DNA of 64,000 bases from Bacilli bacterium (GTDB lineage: Bacteria; Bacillota_I; Bacilli_A; ML615J-28; CAG-698), in assembly GCA_918272565.1 (NCBI GenBank), contig CAKJYW010000001.1, forward strand, positions 6,353 to 70,352, given 5' to 3'. Shown in pieces: positions 39,757 through 50,264 of this stretch. Both the position numbers and the translations under genes were made by a program. The first letter of the stretch is position 1; each line of letters starts with the position of its first letter. The notes under the pieces are model-generated. The model made no database searches. It was not told where the DNA came from and saw nothing but the letters and a program-made list of their open reading frames with translations.

Positions 39757-40653
39757 ATGAGCTATAGCACTAACTTAAAAGATTCTCAAATTGATGCAAT
39801 CATTGATAAATACAAAGATTACGTTCTACCTACTACAAATAATTATACACTATTTCGTGCAAAATACAAGAGTGTCACAATTACCATCTTTAAAACCAAA
39901 ACAATCCTTTTCCAAGGATTAAATGAAGGTGAAGTTGCTAAAGAAATAAGCGATGAATTAGGTTTAACTTTCGAAAACGAAAGAAAAACTAATTCTTCTC
40001 TTGCAATAGACTTATCACTAATTGGAACTGATGAAGTTGGTACTGGCGATTTCTTTGGAGGGGTTGTTGTTTGTAGCTGCTACGTGCCTAAAGAAAAAAT
40101 ATCAATTTTACAAAAAAATGGAATCAGAGACTCAAAAGAGCTAACAGATAACAAAATTATGGAAATTGCACCATTTTTAATGGAAAATCTTCCATATAGT
40201 GTTCTTCTTCTTGACCCAATTAAATTTAATTATGTAACTAAAGTTAAAAAAATGAATATGAATAAAGTTAAAGCTTACTTACATAACAGTGCTATTAAAT
40301 CATTAAAGAAAAAAGGAATCGAATATAATGGCATCGTAATTGATGCGTTTACTACAGAAGAAAGATATTTCGATTATTTGAAAGATGAAGCAGATGTAGA
40401 GCGCGACGTAAAGCTAATCGAGAAAGCTGAGAACAAATTTGCTTGTGTTGCTAGTGCTTCTATCATCGCTCGTTACATCTTTTTAAAACATATGGATGAA
40501 TTAAGTAAGCAAGTTGGTTTTGACTTACCTAAAGGCGCTGGACCTAAAGTAGATCTAGCAATCCAAAAGATTTTAAAGACTCATCCGATTAAATATTTTG
40601 AAAATATCGCTAAAACTAATTTTAAAAACTTAGAAAAGATAATGAATAACTAA
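39757..40653 (+). CDS. rnhC: Ribonuclease HIII
   Basis: N-terminal substrate-binding domain plus RNase HII-like catalytic core (GTDEVGTGDFFGGVVV, DSKELTD). Confidence 0.8.
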   Translation: MSYSTNLKDSQIDAIIDKYKDYVLPTTNNYTLFRAKYKSVTITIFKTKTILFQGLNEGEVAKEISDELGLTFENERKTNSSLAIDLSLIGTDEVGTGDFFGGVVVCSCYVPKEKISILQKNGIRDSKELTDNKIMEIAPFLMENLPYSVLLLDPIKFNYVTKVKKMNMNKVKAYLHNSAIKSLKKKGIEYNGIVIDAFTTEERYFDYLKDEADVERDVKLIEKAENKFACVASASIIARYIFLKHMDELSKQVGFDLPKGAGPKVDLAIQKILKTHPIKYFENIAKTNFKNLEKIMNN

Positions 40654-40683
40654 AAAATAGAGCTAATCAAAATTAGCTCTATT

Positions 40684-41592
40684 TTATTTGTTTCTTAATT
40701 CTTCTAGCTTTTCTTTAAAATAATCAGGTAGTGGACTATCAAATTCTAGCAGTTCTTTTGTTCTTGGATGAACAAAGCCTAATGTTTTAGCATGTAAATA
40801 TTGGCCGTGCTCTCCTTCTACTTTCTTTGGTCCATATAGTGGGTCACCTAAAAGTGGGAATCCAATATATTTCATATGAACTCTGATTTGATGAGTTCTA
40901 CCCGTTTCTAGTTGTAATTCTACTAAAGTGTATCCTTTAAAACGCTCTAGAACTTTAAAATGAGTTACTGCATGTTTTCCGTTATCAACTACTGCCATCA
41001 TTTGGCGGTTCTTAGGGTCACGCCCAATTGGAGCATCGATTTTACCTAGATTGTGGTTAATTTCCCCGATACAAATCGCATAATATTTTCTTTTGACAGT
41101 TTTATTGAAAAACTGCTGTGACAAATCTTGGTGACTAAAATCATTCTTACAAGCAACTAAGAGTCCGCTCGTATCTTTATCGATTCTATGAACGATTCCG
41201 GCTCTAATTACGCCGTTGATTGCTGATAAGTCCTTACAGTGATACATTAGGGCATTAACTAGCGTTCCGTGAAGATTACCAACAGCTGGATGAACGACCA
41301 TTCCACTAGGTTTATTAATTACAATAACGTCGCTATCTTCATAATAAATATCTAGTGGGATATCTTCAGCCACAATGTCATCAGTAACAGGATCAGGCAC
41401 TGAAATCTCAATTTTATCCCCTAATTTTAGGATATAACTAGCTTTTTCGCACTTGCCATTAACTAACACGTTATTTGATTTAATAAGAATCTGAGCCGAA
41501 TTTCGGCTCATTTCTTCTATTTCATCGCTAATAAATTTATCTAAACGTGTATCTAAAGCATCTAATTCATATATTAAGAACTTTTTGACCAT
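40684..41592 (-). CDS. rluD: 23S rRNA pseudouridine synthase RluD (RluA family with S4 domain)
   Basis: S4 domain RLDKFISDE and catalytic HRIDKDTSGLLV. Overlaps lspA in a classic operon arrangement. Confidence 0.85.
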   Translation of the reverse strand: MVKKFLIYELDALDTRLDKFISDEIEEMSRNSAQILIKSNNVLVNGKCEKASYILKLGDKIEISVPDPVTDDIVAEDIPLDIYYEDSDVIVINKPSGMVVHPAVGNLHGTLVNALMYHCKDLSAINGVIRAGIVHRIDKDTSGLLVACKNDFSHQDLSQQFFNKTVKRKYYAICIGEINHNLGKIDAPIGRDPKNRQMMAVVDNGKHAVTHFKVLERFKGYTLVELQLETGRTHQIRVHMKYIGFPLLGDPLYGPKKVEGEHGQYLHAKTLGFVHPRTKELLEFDSPLPDYFKEKLEELRNK

Positions 41593-42062
41593 AATTTACC
41601 TGTAGCTCCAAATATGAAATCGATTATTAGCATTATTACACCAACCGTTAAGCACATGTCCGCAAAATTAAAGATCGCAAATTCCATGAAATCAAATGTT
41701 AGAAAGTCACGAACAGAACCGTAAATTACTCTATCGATAAAATTACCGATTGTTCCGCTTATTATTAAGCATAAACAAACTGTATAAATTGGATATGCTT
41801 CAAAACTACAGTCTTTCATCAGGTAACCAAAGCCACCTAAAGCTAAAACAGTAATAACATAGAATAACCATTGTTTACCTTCTAAAATAGAGAAAGCAGC
41901 TCCATCGTTTCTAACTAGAGAAAACTTAAATAAGTGAGGGATAGCTTTTACGGTCACTCCTTCTTCTAGATGATTAAATGCTAATATTTTAGTTAATTGG
42001 TCAATGCCAATTAAAGCTAATATGATACAAATTGCAATTATTATGTCTTTTAAATGTTTCAT
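41574..42062 (-). CDS. lspA: Lipoprotein signal peptidase II
   Basis: NDGAAFS and FNFADMCLTVGVIML motifs. Confidence 0.85.
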   Translation of the reverse strand: MKHLKDIIIAICIILALIGIDQLTKILAFNHLEEGVTVKAIPHLFKFSLVRNDGAAFSILEGKQWLFYVITVLALGGFGYLMKDCSFEAYPIYTVCLCLIISGTIGNFIDRVIYGSVRDFLTFDFMEFAIFNFADMCLTVGVIMLIIDFIFGATGKLWSKSS

Positions 42063-42466
42063 GATAATGCACTCACTCCAAAGAATATTAATACAGCTAA
42101 AAGAAATAAACCATAGAAAATGTTTGTTGATTGGTAAAAGAATACAGCGTATTCATTTACTTCTTGTAAATCAGTCATATCTTTGTTTATCGCTTTAGCC
42201 ATTTTAACAGTTATATAATTACTCATTCCATTACAAAGCATCAAAAGTCCCCAAGCAATAGCTAAGAATATTACCATTGTCTTTTCATTAAACCAATATA
42301 TTTCAACAATTTCAAACACTAAAATAGCAATAGGTAAAACTAGACCAGCGGTAAAAAGGATTCCAAGAAGGAAAGTTACAGTACCAGTTTTTCGTCCTAA
42401 TGAGATATTATTGAATTTTTTGCTATCTTCTTTTCCTATTTTCCAAAAGCTTTTCTTAATTTCCAT
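42059..42466 (-). CDS. Hypothetical small membrane protein (4 TM)
   Basis: Hydrophobicity only; overlaps its neighbours by 4 and 11 nt, so it is part of the operon. Confidence 0.4.
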   Translation of the reverse strand: MEIKKSFWKIGKEDSKKFNNISLGRKTGTVTFLLGILFTAGLVLPIAILVFEIVEIYWFNEKTMVIFLAIAWGLLMLCNGMSNYITVKMAKAINKDMTDLQEVNEYAVFFYQSTNIFYGLFLLAVLIFFGVSALS

Positions 42467-43526
42467 TTTTTGCCTCCAGATTAGATAGGTAATCTAAAAT
42501 ATCAGTGAATTTCTCGATTCTTACAAGTTCAAAGCTGAAGTTGTTGGTTTTATAGAAGTCGTAATATTCGTCGTAATCAGCTGCATCAAGGAAGAAAATA
42601 TCTACTTTATAAAGATTAGCTGTGTAAAGCTTTTGTTCTAAACCACCGATTCTGCCACTACTTCCATCGATATTAATAGTACCAGTTCCGGTAATCTTAT
42701 AACCTTTAGTAATATCTTCAGCTAATAATGTGTTATAGATTGCTAAAGTAGCAAGTAATCCTCCACTAGGACCGATTGAAGAATAATTGGCTTTATAAGT
42801 GTATGTTGGTGAAGTGACAGGTAATGAAAAGTTAGAATCAAATGAAAAAGCATAAGTCTTTTTATCATCTGAAGTTGTGACTAGATTAGCATAGCAATCT
42901 ACGTCTTTTTCTCCTCTTTTAACTTTAAATCGAACGTTTTTACCTTCTTTTAAACCTTCTCTTATTAATTCAATTAATTCATTTCGAGATGAAAATTTAT
43001 AATCGTTGATTTCATAAATGATATCGCCATATTCTAAACTAGTATCACTAAAAGAATAAATAGCAATAACGCTCTCACCTAAATAAGCAGCTTCTTCGTC
43101 GATTGTAATATTTGAATCAACCTTGCTAGCTTCTCTATAAGCATTTATTAAAGCAATAGCTAATGAATTATCTTTCATGATCTTTCCTTGAGTAGTTTCT
43201 TCTTTTGTAGTGATGTAATATTCTTCATCAATATCAACAACATTAAAGCTTTCATTAGCTTTAGAAAGCCAATATTGAACTAAAGAAACTTTCTTATATG
43301 TAAAGATACCAATAGCAGCAATATATCCTCTATCGTTACCATTTTCAATTTCTATAGGGGTAATCGGATTATGCAAAGTTCCTGGAGTTAACACTTCAAC
43401 ATTTACTTTAAAAAAGCAAATAAAGAGAATGAAAACTTCTACTAAAAAGATAAATACAAAGAAAATCTTTTTTAGTATTGACGCTTGCTTAATACGATTA
43501 AATAAGTCATTAAAATATAATTTCAT
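42456..43526 (-). CDS. Membrane-anchored Lon-like (S16) peptidase, YlbL/SepM-like
   Basis: N-terminal TM helix. C-terminal GPSGGLLATLAIYNTLLAEDITKGYKITGTGTINIDGSSGRIGGLEQKLYTA resembles the Lon C-terminal proteolytic domain (Ser in PSGG, Lys in KLYTA). Confidence 0.55.
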   Translation of the reverse strand: MKLYFNDLFNRIKQASILKKIFFVFIFLVEVFILFICFFKVNVEVLTPGTLHNPITPIEIENGNDRGYIAAIGIFTYKKVSLVQYWLSKANESFNVVDIDEEYYITTKEETTQGKIMKDNSLAIALINAYREASKVDSNITIDEEAAYLGESVIAIYSFSDTSLEYGDIIYEINDYKFSSRNELIELIREGLKEGKNVRFKVKRGEKDVDCYANLVTTSDDKKTYAFSFDSNFSLPVTSPTYTYKANYSSIGPSGGLLATLAIYNTLLAEDITKGYKITGTGTINIDGSSGRIGGLEQKLYTANLYKVDIFFLDAADYDEYYDFYKTNNFSFELVRIEKFTDILDYLSNLEAKNGN

Positions 43527-43527
43527 A

Positions 43528-43995
43528 TTATTTTATTTCTAAAGTGATCTTATCGACTTTACGATAAGCAACCTTTGCACTATCAAGCATCATTTTAGAT
43601 GCGATATCACTTTCTGTGCCGCTATATTTATCATCCATGTAAACTACTTCTTTGATTCCACTTTGGATGATTAATTTAGCACATTCGTTACATGGGAATA
43701 AAGTAACATAGATTGTGCAGCCTTCTAAATTAGCATTGCTATTTAAAATAGCATTAGGTTCAGCATGAACAACATATGGGTATTTAGTGTCTAGGTTGTC
43801 CCCAGTTCTACCCCAAGGGAATTTATCATCATCACAACCATAAGGCATTCCGTTATAACCTATACCTACAATTCTTTTTGCTTTGTTTACGATGCAAGCT
43901 CCAACTTGAGTTGAAGGATCTTTACTACGCATACTAGACAAAACTGCAACACCCATAAAATATTTATCCCATGAAATATAATCGTTTCTTTTCAT
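43528..43995 (-). CDS. comEB: dCMP deaminase (ComEB-like cytidine/deoxycytidylate deaminase)
   Basis: Zinc ligands HAEPNAI and PCNECAKLI. Confidence 0.8.
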   Translation of the reverse strand: MKRNDYISWDKYFMGVAVLSSMRSKDPSTQVGACIVNKAKRIVGIGYNGMPYGCDDDKFPWGRTGDNLDTKYPYVVHAEPNAILNSNANLEGCTIYVTLFPCNECAKLIIQSGIKEVVYMDDKYSGTESDIASKMMLDSAKVAYRKVDKITLEIK

Positions 43996-44023
43996 TGTTT
44001 TCTCCCCTATATAATCGTTTTAT

Positions 44024-44692
44024 TTATTTTATTATCATTTTTATAATATAATCTGCGAGTAAGAGCCCTGCAGCTGATGTAACAGGCATGTATGAGCCTA
44101 AATTATCAATTTCAGCTGGTTCTTCAGTTGAAGCTAGGCAATAAAAATCATTTAGATTTAATTCTTTAGCTTTCTTACGAATCACCTTAGCTAGAGGGTC
44201 ATAACTAGTTTTTGATAGCTTCATGATATCTAATTTCTTGATGTCCATCTTTTTAGCTGTCCCCATACTTGAGATAAAACATTTGTTATTATCTTGACAC
44301 TTTTTTATTAATAATAATTTATCATTAACTGAATCGATTGCATCGATTAGATAATCAAATTCATAATTAAATAGCAAACTTTCTTCATTGAATTTTTCAG
44401 TTAATTTAGTTACCTTACAACTTGGATTAATATCATAAATTATGTCAGATAAAACATCAGTTTTATATTTACCTAAAGTTGAAGAAAATGCTAAAAGTTG
44501 ACGGTTAATGTTAGATTCATTGACTTTATCAAAATCTAAAATTATTAAGTTCCCTACGCCGCACCTTGCAAGTGCCATAGCTACTGTTGCTCCAACCCCA
44601 CCAAGGCCAACGATAGCCACTTTAGCGTTTTCTAGCTTCTTAAAAGCATCATCACCTAATAATGATTTTATTCTACTAAATCTTTCTTCCAT
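44024..44692 (-). CDS. tcdA: ThiF/MoeB-family tRNA threonylcarbamoyladenosine dehydratase (TcdA-like)
   Basis: Rossmann motif VAIVGLGGVGATVAMALARCGVGNLIILDFDKV. Confidence 0.65.
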   Translation of the reverse strand: MEERFSRIKSLLGDDAFKKLENAKVAIVGLGGVGATVAMALARCGVGNLIILDFDKVNESNINRQLLAFSSTLGKYKTDVLSDIIYDINPSCKVTKLTEKFNEESLLFNYEFDYLIDAIDSVNDKLLLIKKCQDNNKCFISSMGTAKKMDIKKLDIMKLSKTSYDPLAKVIRKKAKELNLNDFYCLASTEEPAEIDNLGSYMPVTSAAGLLLADYIIKMIIK

Positions 44693-44698
44693 AAATAT

Positions 44699-46450
44699 TT
44701 ATTTTTTAATTGATAATTTAAGTTCGTTAAGTTGGAAGTCACTAACTTCTGTTGGAGCTTCACTCATAGGACAAATGGCATTTGCGCTCTTAGGGAAGGC
44801 TATTACATCACGAATTGATGAAGCACCACAAAGTAGCATAGTAAGTCTATCTAAGCCTAGAGCGATTCCACCATGAGGAGGAGTTCCAAACTTCAAAGCA
44901 TCAACGAAGTAACCAAACTTAACTTTGATTTCTTCTTCTGTTAGGCCAATTGCATCAAACATTTCTTTTTGAACTTCTTGATCATGAATACGAATTGATC
45001 CACTAGCTAGTTCATAACCGTTTAAAACAAGGTCATAGCATTTAGAATAGCATTTCTCAGGTTCTGTTAATAATTTACCCTTGAATTCGTCTTTAGGGTC
45101 TGTGAATGGATGGTGAGCAGCAACGTATCTATTTTCTTCTTCACTCCATTCAAATGATGGCCAGTTATTTACCCACAAATAGCAATATCTGTTAGGGTCG
45201 ATTAGTCCTAATTCTTTACCTAATGTGTTACGTAAATAAGCAAGTGATTGATTAACAACATTCTTATTATCCGCTACAATCAAAATCAAGTCTCCATCTT
45301 CGAAATTAGCTTTTTCGGTGATTGCTTTAAGGTTTTCTTCGCTTAAGAATTTAGCAATTGATCCACTTACTACGCCATTTTCTTTCTTTAACCAAGCAAG
45401 GCCTTTAGCTTTAAATTTCTTAATAGCATCTAGTAATCTGTCTAATTCTTTACGAGAATATTTGAGCGCTGCTCCTTTAGCATTTAATCCTTTAACCAAG
45501 CCACCAGCGTTAATTGCATTTAGAAATACACTAAATTCAGTTTGTTTTGCAATTTCAGTAAAGTTAATTAATTCCATTTCAAAACGCATATCTGGTTTAT
45601 CACATCCAAAGCGTTCCATACATTCATCAAATGGGATTCTAATAAATGGAGTTTTGATATCTACTCCCTTTACTTCTTTCATGACTTTTTTAACCATTGC
45701 TTCAATTACAGCATAAATATCTTCCTCATCAACAAAACTCATTTCCATATCGATTTGAGTGAATTCCATTTGACGGTCAGCACGCAAGTCTTCATCTCTA
45801 AAGCAACGAGCGATTTGGTAATATTTATCCATACCACTAATCATAAGTAATTGCTTATAAAGTTGAGGAGATTGAGGTAGAGCATAGAATTTACCAGGAT
45901 GAACACGGCTTGGAACTAGGTAGTCTCTAGCGCCTTCTGGTGTTGATTTACCAAATACTGGAGTTTCTACCTCAATAAAACCATTCTTATTGAAGAAATC
46001 TCTTACGCTAGATACGATTTTGTGACGCATAATTAAATTATTTTGCATAACTGGACGACGTAAATCTAGGTAACGATATTTCATTCTAAAATCTTCTAAA
46101 GCATCAGTTTCATCCGCAATAATCATTGGAGGTTGGTTAGCAGTTGATAGTACTACTACTTCACTAGCTTCAATTTCAACGTCCCCAGTAGGAATGTTAG
46201 GGTTTTTGCTTTCACGCTCATTAACAACGCCTGTAACTTTTAATACATATTCGTTTCTAACAGCGTCTAAGGCTTCATATCCTTCATGTTCAGGACGACA
46301 AACGATTTGACAGATTCCGCTTCTATCTCTTAAGTCAACAAAAATTAGTCCACCTAAATTACGTTTTTTACTGACCCAGCCACAGACAGTGACAGTTTTT
46401 CCTTTATCAGATAATCTTAAATCACCATTATAAATAGTTCTCATACTCAT
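44699..46450 (-). CDS. aspS: Aspartate--tRNA ligase
   Basis: OB anticodon-binding domain (VTVCGWVSKKRNLGGLIFVDLRDR), class II motifs (FRDEDLRADRQ, GGIALGLDRL). Start is ATG at 46450 (MSMRT), 1 nt after the hisS stop; the track start 46477 is a TTG over-extension. Confidence 0.9.
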   Translation of the reverse strand: MSMRTIYNGDLRLSDKGKTVTVCGWVSKKRNLGGLIFVDLRDRSGICQIVCRPEHEGYEALDAVRNEYVLKVTGVVNERESKNPNIPTGDVEIEASEVVVLSTANQPPMIIADETDALEDFRMKYRYLDLRRPVMQNNLIMRHKIVSSVRDFFNKNGFIEVETPVFGKSTPEGARDYLVPSRVHPGKFYALPQSPQLYKQLLMISGMDKYYQIARCFRDEDLRADRQMEFTQIDMEMSFVDEEDIYAVIEAMVKKVMKEVKGVDIKTPFIRIPFDECMERFGCDKPDMRFEMELINFTEIAKQTEFSVFLNAINAGGLVKGLNAKGAALKYSRKELDRLLDAIKKFKAKGLAWLKKENGVVSGSIAKFLSEENLKAITEKANFEDGDLILIVADNKNVVNQSLAYLRNTLGKELGLIDPNRYCYLWVNNWPSFEWSEEENRYVAAHHPFTDPKDEFKGKLLTEPEKCYSKCYDLVLNGYELASGSIRIHDQEVQKEMFDAIGLTEEEIKVKFGYFVDALKFGTPPHGGIALGLDRLTMLLCGASSIRDVIAFPKSANAICPMSEAPTEVSDFQLNELKLSIKK

Positions 46451-46451
46451 A

Positions 46452-47702
46452 TTATTCACCTTTGATAAAACTAACAATTTTATCTAATTTAACCTTTTCT
46501 TCTATCTTATTAATTGTATCTTTTACAGTATAAATTCCACTTTCTCTTTCGGCTTCCCCAATAATTACAATAAATCTTGGATTAACTCTATCACTTAACT
46601 TAAATTGAGGTTTTAATGAATTGTTTTTATAATCCATTTCAACGCTTAATTTCTCTTTACGTAAATTATATGCTAGGTTTAGTGCACTAATCTTACTATC
46701 ATCATCTAGTGAGATTATAACAACATCGACGCATCTTTCTAGATTAGGGAACAAGCCCTCTTCTTCCATGATGTCTTTAACACGCTCAACTCCAAACGCA
46801 TAACCGATACCAGGTAGGTCTGGTCCATTAAAACTCTTAACTAAATCAGCATATCTTCCACCAGCACAAATTGCTAGCCCATCAAAGTCGCTAATAAATT
46901 CAAAGACAGTGTCAGTATAATAATCTAGGCCTCTAACTAAAGAACTATCAACAACATAAGGAATCTTAAGCTCATCTAAGCATTTTAAAATCGTATTGAA
47001 ATAAGCTTTTGCTTCATCAGTTAAAAAGTCCTTAATCTTTGGAGCATTCTTTAAAATATCAGAATCGCTATCAACTTTACAATCTAGAATTCTCATTGGG
47101 TTTTTATTATAACGGTTCTTACAATCATCACATAGTTTGTCAAGTTTATCTTTAAAATATTCTTTTAGTGCTTTTGAATAATTTTCACGACTAATAAAAT
47201 CGCCAATTGTATTAATCTTAAGTTTAACGCCTTTAATCTTAAGTTCAGTTAAGATTCTATAGGCAGATAAGATTACTTCAGCATCTAAATATGGACTAGC
47301 ATCTCCGTAAATTTCTGCACCAAATTGGTGGAACTCTCTAAAACGACCTTTTTGAGGACGTTCATAACGGAACATTGGTCCAAAATAATAATATTTCTTG
47401 ATTCCAGGAGTGCCAAACAACTTGTTTTCAACAAAGCACCTAACGATTGCGGCAGTGCCTTCTGGTCTTAAAGTTAAGCTACGTTCTCCTTTATCTAAGA
47501 ATGTATACATCTCTTTAGTTACGATATCACTTGCTTCCCCTACACTACGCACAAACACCTCAGTGTTTTCAAAAATAGGAGTAATCATCTCACTAAAGCC
47601 ATAGTCTTTAATAATATTAGTAACAACTCCCTCAATATAGCGTAATTTCTTACTATCTAAATCATAGAAGTCATTAGTTCCTTTTACTTTTTGATAAGCC
47701 AT
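46452..47702 (-). CDS. hisS: Histidine--tRNA ligase
   Basis: MAYQKVKGTNDFY start with SD AAAGGAG. Class II motifs FRYERPQKGRFREFHQ and GGRYADL. The track's N-terminal extension reads through the T-box terminator. Confidence 0.9.
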   Translation of the reverse strand: MAYQKVKGTNDFYDLDSKKLRYIEGVVTNIIKDYGFSEMITPIFENTEVFVRSVGEASDIVTKEMYTFLDKGERSLTLRPEGTAAIVRCFVENKLFGTPGIKKYYYFGPMFRYERPQKGRFREFHQFGAEIYGDASPYLDAEVILSAYRILTELKIKGVKLKINTIGDFISRENYSKALKEYFKDKLDKLCDDCKNRYNKNPMRILDCKVDSDSDILKNAPKIKDFLTDEAKAYFNTILKCLDELKIPYVVDSSLVRGLDYYTDTVFEFISDFDGLAICAGGRYADLVKSFNGPDLPGIGYAFGVERVKDIMEEEGLFPNLERCVDVVIISLDDDSKISALNLAYNLRKEKLSVEMDYKNNSLKPQFKLSDRVNPRFIVIIGEAERESGIYTVKDTINKIEEKVKLDKIVSFIKGE

Positions 47703-47716
47703 AATTTTATCTCCTT

Positions 47717-47967
47717 TATAAAAAAAGTCCCTAAACAAAAATGAAATTTTTGTTTTAAGGACGAATAATCATTTCGCGGTGCCACCTTAATTCAAAACAC
47801 AAACAAATTTATTTGTTTTGTTTTGCTCTTTATTTTATCTTAACGCGATAGCTACGCCCTAAAGGGATCTCCAAAGTGTCTTTCAGCAAATCTAATAAAA
47901 TTCTTTCACCAAACGAATTCTCTCTAAATATTTAATTTACTTACTCTTCTTTTTCACCGATTTATAT
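47717..47967 (-). promoter_or_regulatory. T-box leader controlling hisS-aspS (candidate His specifier CAC)
   Basis: The minus-strand reverse complement of 47775-47792 reads AATTAAGGTGGCACCGCG (T-box consensus). Terminator 47727-47762 (GTCCCTAAACAAAAAT/ATTTTTGTTTTAAGGAC) has a U-run. Stem I is AGAGAGAATTCGTTTGGTGAAAG...GAAAGACACTTTGG. Confidence 0.7.
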
Positions 47968-47973
47968 GTATTT

Positions 47974-48002
47974 ATTATAGTCTTATTATATTTATTTGTC
48001 AA
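47974..48002 (-). promoter_or_regulatory. Sigma-A promoter TTGACA-17-TATAAT driving the hisS T-box leader
   Basis: Minus-strand TTGACA (plus 47997-48002) and TATAAT (plus 47974-47979) with an exact 17-nt spacer. Confidence 0.6.
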
Positions 48003-48007
48003 CTTAA

Positions 48008-48847
48008 CTATAATAGTACAATCTTATCTTCTAATTTTTCAATTAATTTTTCTTTTAATAAGCCACCTATTGCATGTTTGAAACTGCTTTTACTCATATG
48101 GAAGTTATGACTAATGAGTTCAGCTGGAGCATCTTCAGTAATCATCATAACGCCATTGTGACTCTTTAGATATTCTAAGATCACTTCTTTATCGTTTTGA
48201 ATTTGCTCCTTCTTTTCAACAAGCAATGATCCACTATAATCATTTTCATTAGCAAAGATAATTCTAACATTTACCTTTTCGCCAATTCTAAATGTTCCTC
48301 TTAAATGAGCTTTATAAACAAAGATTACTTTAAAGTCTTTTGTAACTAGGTTAATTCCTTCATCAGTGATTCTATAAACAAAGGCATCAACATGCTCATC
48401 GATTGCATATCTTATATCGTTAACATGTTTTAAGAAGTCGTTCTTACTAGCTAGTTTAAGTATAAGTTTATCAGCTCTAACTTTCATAAGACAACTTACT
48501 TCGTCCCCTTCTTTTGGCCACATTCTAAATGAAGGAGGTAGTTCATCTTTAGAAAGTAGGATATCTTTACTAATTCCAATATCGATAAATGCACCCATTT
48601 CGTTTTTTACTGTCTTAACTACTCCAAAGCCGATATTATCTAGGGTGATTGAAGGTAGATGAAGAGTCGCAGCTTCCCTACCTTTTTTATCTACATAAAT
48701 AAAAGCTGAAACTGTATCTCCACTATTTAAGACTTTAAAATTACATTCGTTTCTATGAAGAAAATATTCTTTATTCTCATCAACTAACATGTAACCAAGT
48801 TGAGTTTCTCTTTCTACTTTAAATTTACTAATATGTCCTAAACTCAT
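48008..48847 (-). CDS. cvfB: CvfB/YitL family S1-domain RNA-binding protein
   Basis: Three S1-like repeats plus a C-terminal wHTH; N-terminus FKVERETQLGYMLVDENKEYFLH. Confidence 0.7.
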   Translation of the reverse strand: MSLGHISKFKVERETQLGYMLVDENKEYFLHRNECNFKVLNSGDTVSAFIYVDKKGREAATLHLPSITLDNIGFGVVKTVKNEMGAFIDIGISKDILLSKDELPPSFRMWPKEGDEVSCLMKVRADKLILKLASKNDFLKHVNDIRYAIDEHVDAFVYRITDEGINLVTKDFKVIFVYKAHLRGTFRIGEKVNVRIIFANENDYSGSLLVEKKEQIQNDKEVILEYLKSHNGVMMITEDAPAELISHNFHMSKSSFKHAIGGLLKEKLIEKLEDKIVLL

Positions 48848-48898
48848 ATAATCATTTCCTTTTTGTCTTTTTCTTCAATATAGTCTATATTCTATCAC

Positions 48899-48940
48899 AA
48901 AAACCCATTTATGAGAAGTTTATTTTAAAAAGGTGATACT
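48899..48940 (+). repeat. Divergent repeat family copy I (aaaacccatttATGAGAAGTTTATTTTAAaaaggtgatac) with mini-ORF MRSLF*
   Basis: Plus-strand orientation, in the cvfB upstream / CDF downstream intergenic region. Confidence 0.45.
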
Positions 48941-49065
48941 TTACCAACTTAATCTTCTTATAAATAGATTTATTTCTTATTATTTGATGTCTTTATAATA
49001 AAAATCAAAAAGAGTAGCCAAATGTTATATATGAAATATATTCCATTTAGTTACTCTTATAACTA

Positions 49066-50214
49066 TTAAGATAAACTGAAATCTTGATCGTAATTAATTA
49101 TGATTTTGTAATCAATCATTAGTGCTTCAGTTTCTTCTTTTATTTCTTTTATTGTTTTAAGTGGAGTATTATCATCAAATGATATTACTAAATCAAAGTT
49201 GATTATCTTTAATTCTTTATCGATATAAAAACCATGAGTTTGAAGTACAAAAGGATGTTTTTTGATGATTGATGAGATCTTATTATATGTCTCTTTTGTA
49301 AACTCATCTGTGAAGTTTTCCGCATATATTCCCACAGTCATTATTGTATTATATTTCAAATACATTAAAGTAGTTATATTTCTTTCTATTGCTTGAATTT
49401 CTTTAGCACTCAAATTGTCGTTTACACCAATATGAACTGAACCGATGTTTTTGTTATGACCATAACTATTTAAAATCAAATCATAGCAGCCTTTTACTCC
49501 ATCAATTGATAAAATTGCGTTTTTGATTTCATTGATATAGTCTTTATCAAATCGATCTCCTATCATTGATGATAATGACTCTTTTAATACTTCAAACCCA
49601 CTCTTTAAGATGAATAAACCAATTACAATACCTAAATATCCTTCAATATAAAAGTTAGCGTATTTAGCAATAAACATACCAACTAGAGTTGATGTTGATA
49701 AAATAGAATCAAAAAGGGCGTCCATTCCCGATGCCTTTAGGGCATCACTATCAATCTTGTTACCCTTCTTTTTAAAGAATAAGCCAATAGCAACTTTAAC
49801 TAGGATTGCGGCAGCAATAATTATGATTGAATAGATTTCAAATGAAGGCATTGTGCCATTTTGGAAATAGTCAATGATCGATTTAATTGATTCATAAATA
49901 GCCATCGCTCCAGCAAACAAAATAAGCATCGCGATAAGAGTTGAAGTTATATATTCAATCCTACCATAGCCATATGGATGCTTCTTATTAGGCTTTTTAC
50001 TTGCTAGTTTTGTTCCTATAATTGTGATAATGCTAGATAAAGCATCAGTAAAATTATTAACTGCATCCATAATAATAGATACTGATCCTGCAATCACCCC
50101 AACAAAAGCTTTAAATGCTACTAAAAAGAAATTGCCAATAATGCCTATAAAACTCGTTTTGATTATTTCTTTTTCTCTAAAATTGTTATCAAATTGATTT
50201 GTTTCCATTTTCAA
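49066..50214 (-). CDS. Cation diffusion facilitator family transporter
   Basis: Six TM helices with the CDF signature in TM2 (NFTDALSSIITIIG), plus a C-terminal cytoplasmic domain. Confidence 0.8.
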   Translation of the reverse strand: MKMETNQFDNNFREKEIIKTSFIGIIGNFFLVAFKAFVGVIAGSVSIIMDAVNNFTDALSSIITIIGTKLASKKPNKKHPYGYGRIEYITSTLIAMLILFAGAMAIYESIKSIIDYFQNGTMPSFEIYSIIIIAAAILVKVAIGLFFKKKGNKIDSDALKASGMDALFDSILSTSTLVGMFIAKYANFYIEGYLGIVIGLFILKSGFEVLKESLSSMIGDRFDKDYINEIKNAILSIDGVKGCYDLILNSYGHNKNIGSVHIGVNDNLSAKEIQAIERNITTLMYLKYNTIMTVGIYAENFTDEFTKETYNKISSIIKKHPFVLQTHGFYIDKELKIINFDLVISFDDNTPLKTIKEIKEETEALMIDYKIIINYDQDFSLS

Positions 50215-50264
50215 TTAACCTCATTAATTAACCATATTATACAAACTAATCGCAAATAAAACAA

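Noticed and set aside
49005-49057. Terminator downstream of the CDF transporter gene
   Set aside because: Only an imperfect 8-bp stem with a 32-nt loop (AGAGTAGC...GTTACTCT); too weak to call confidently.
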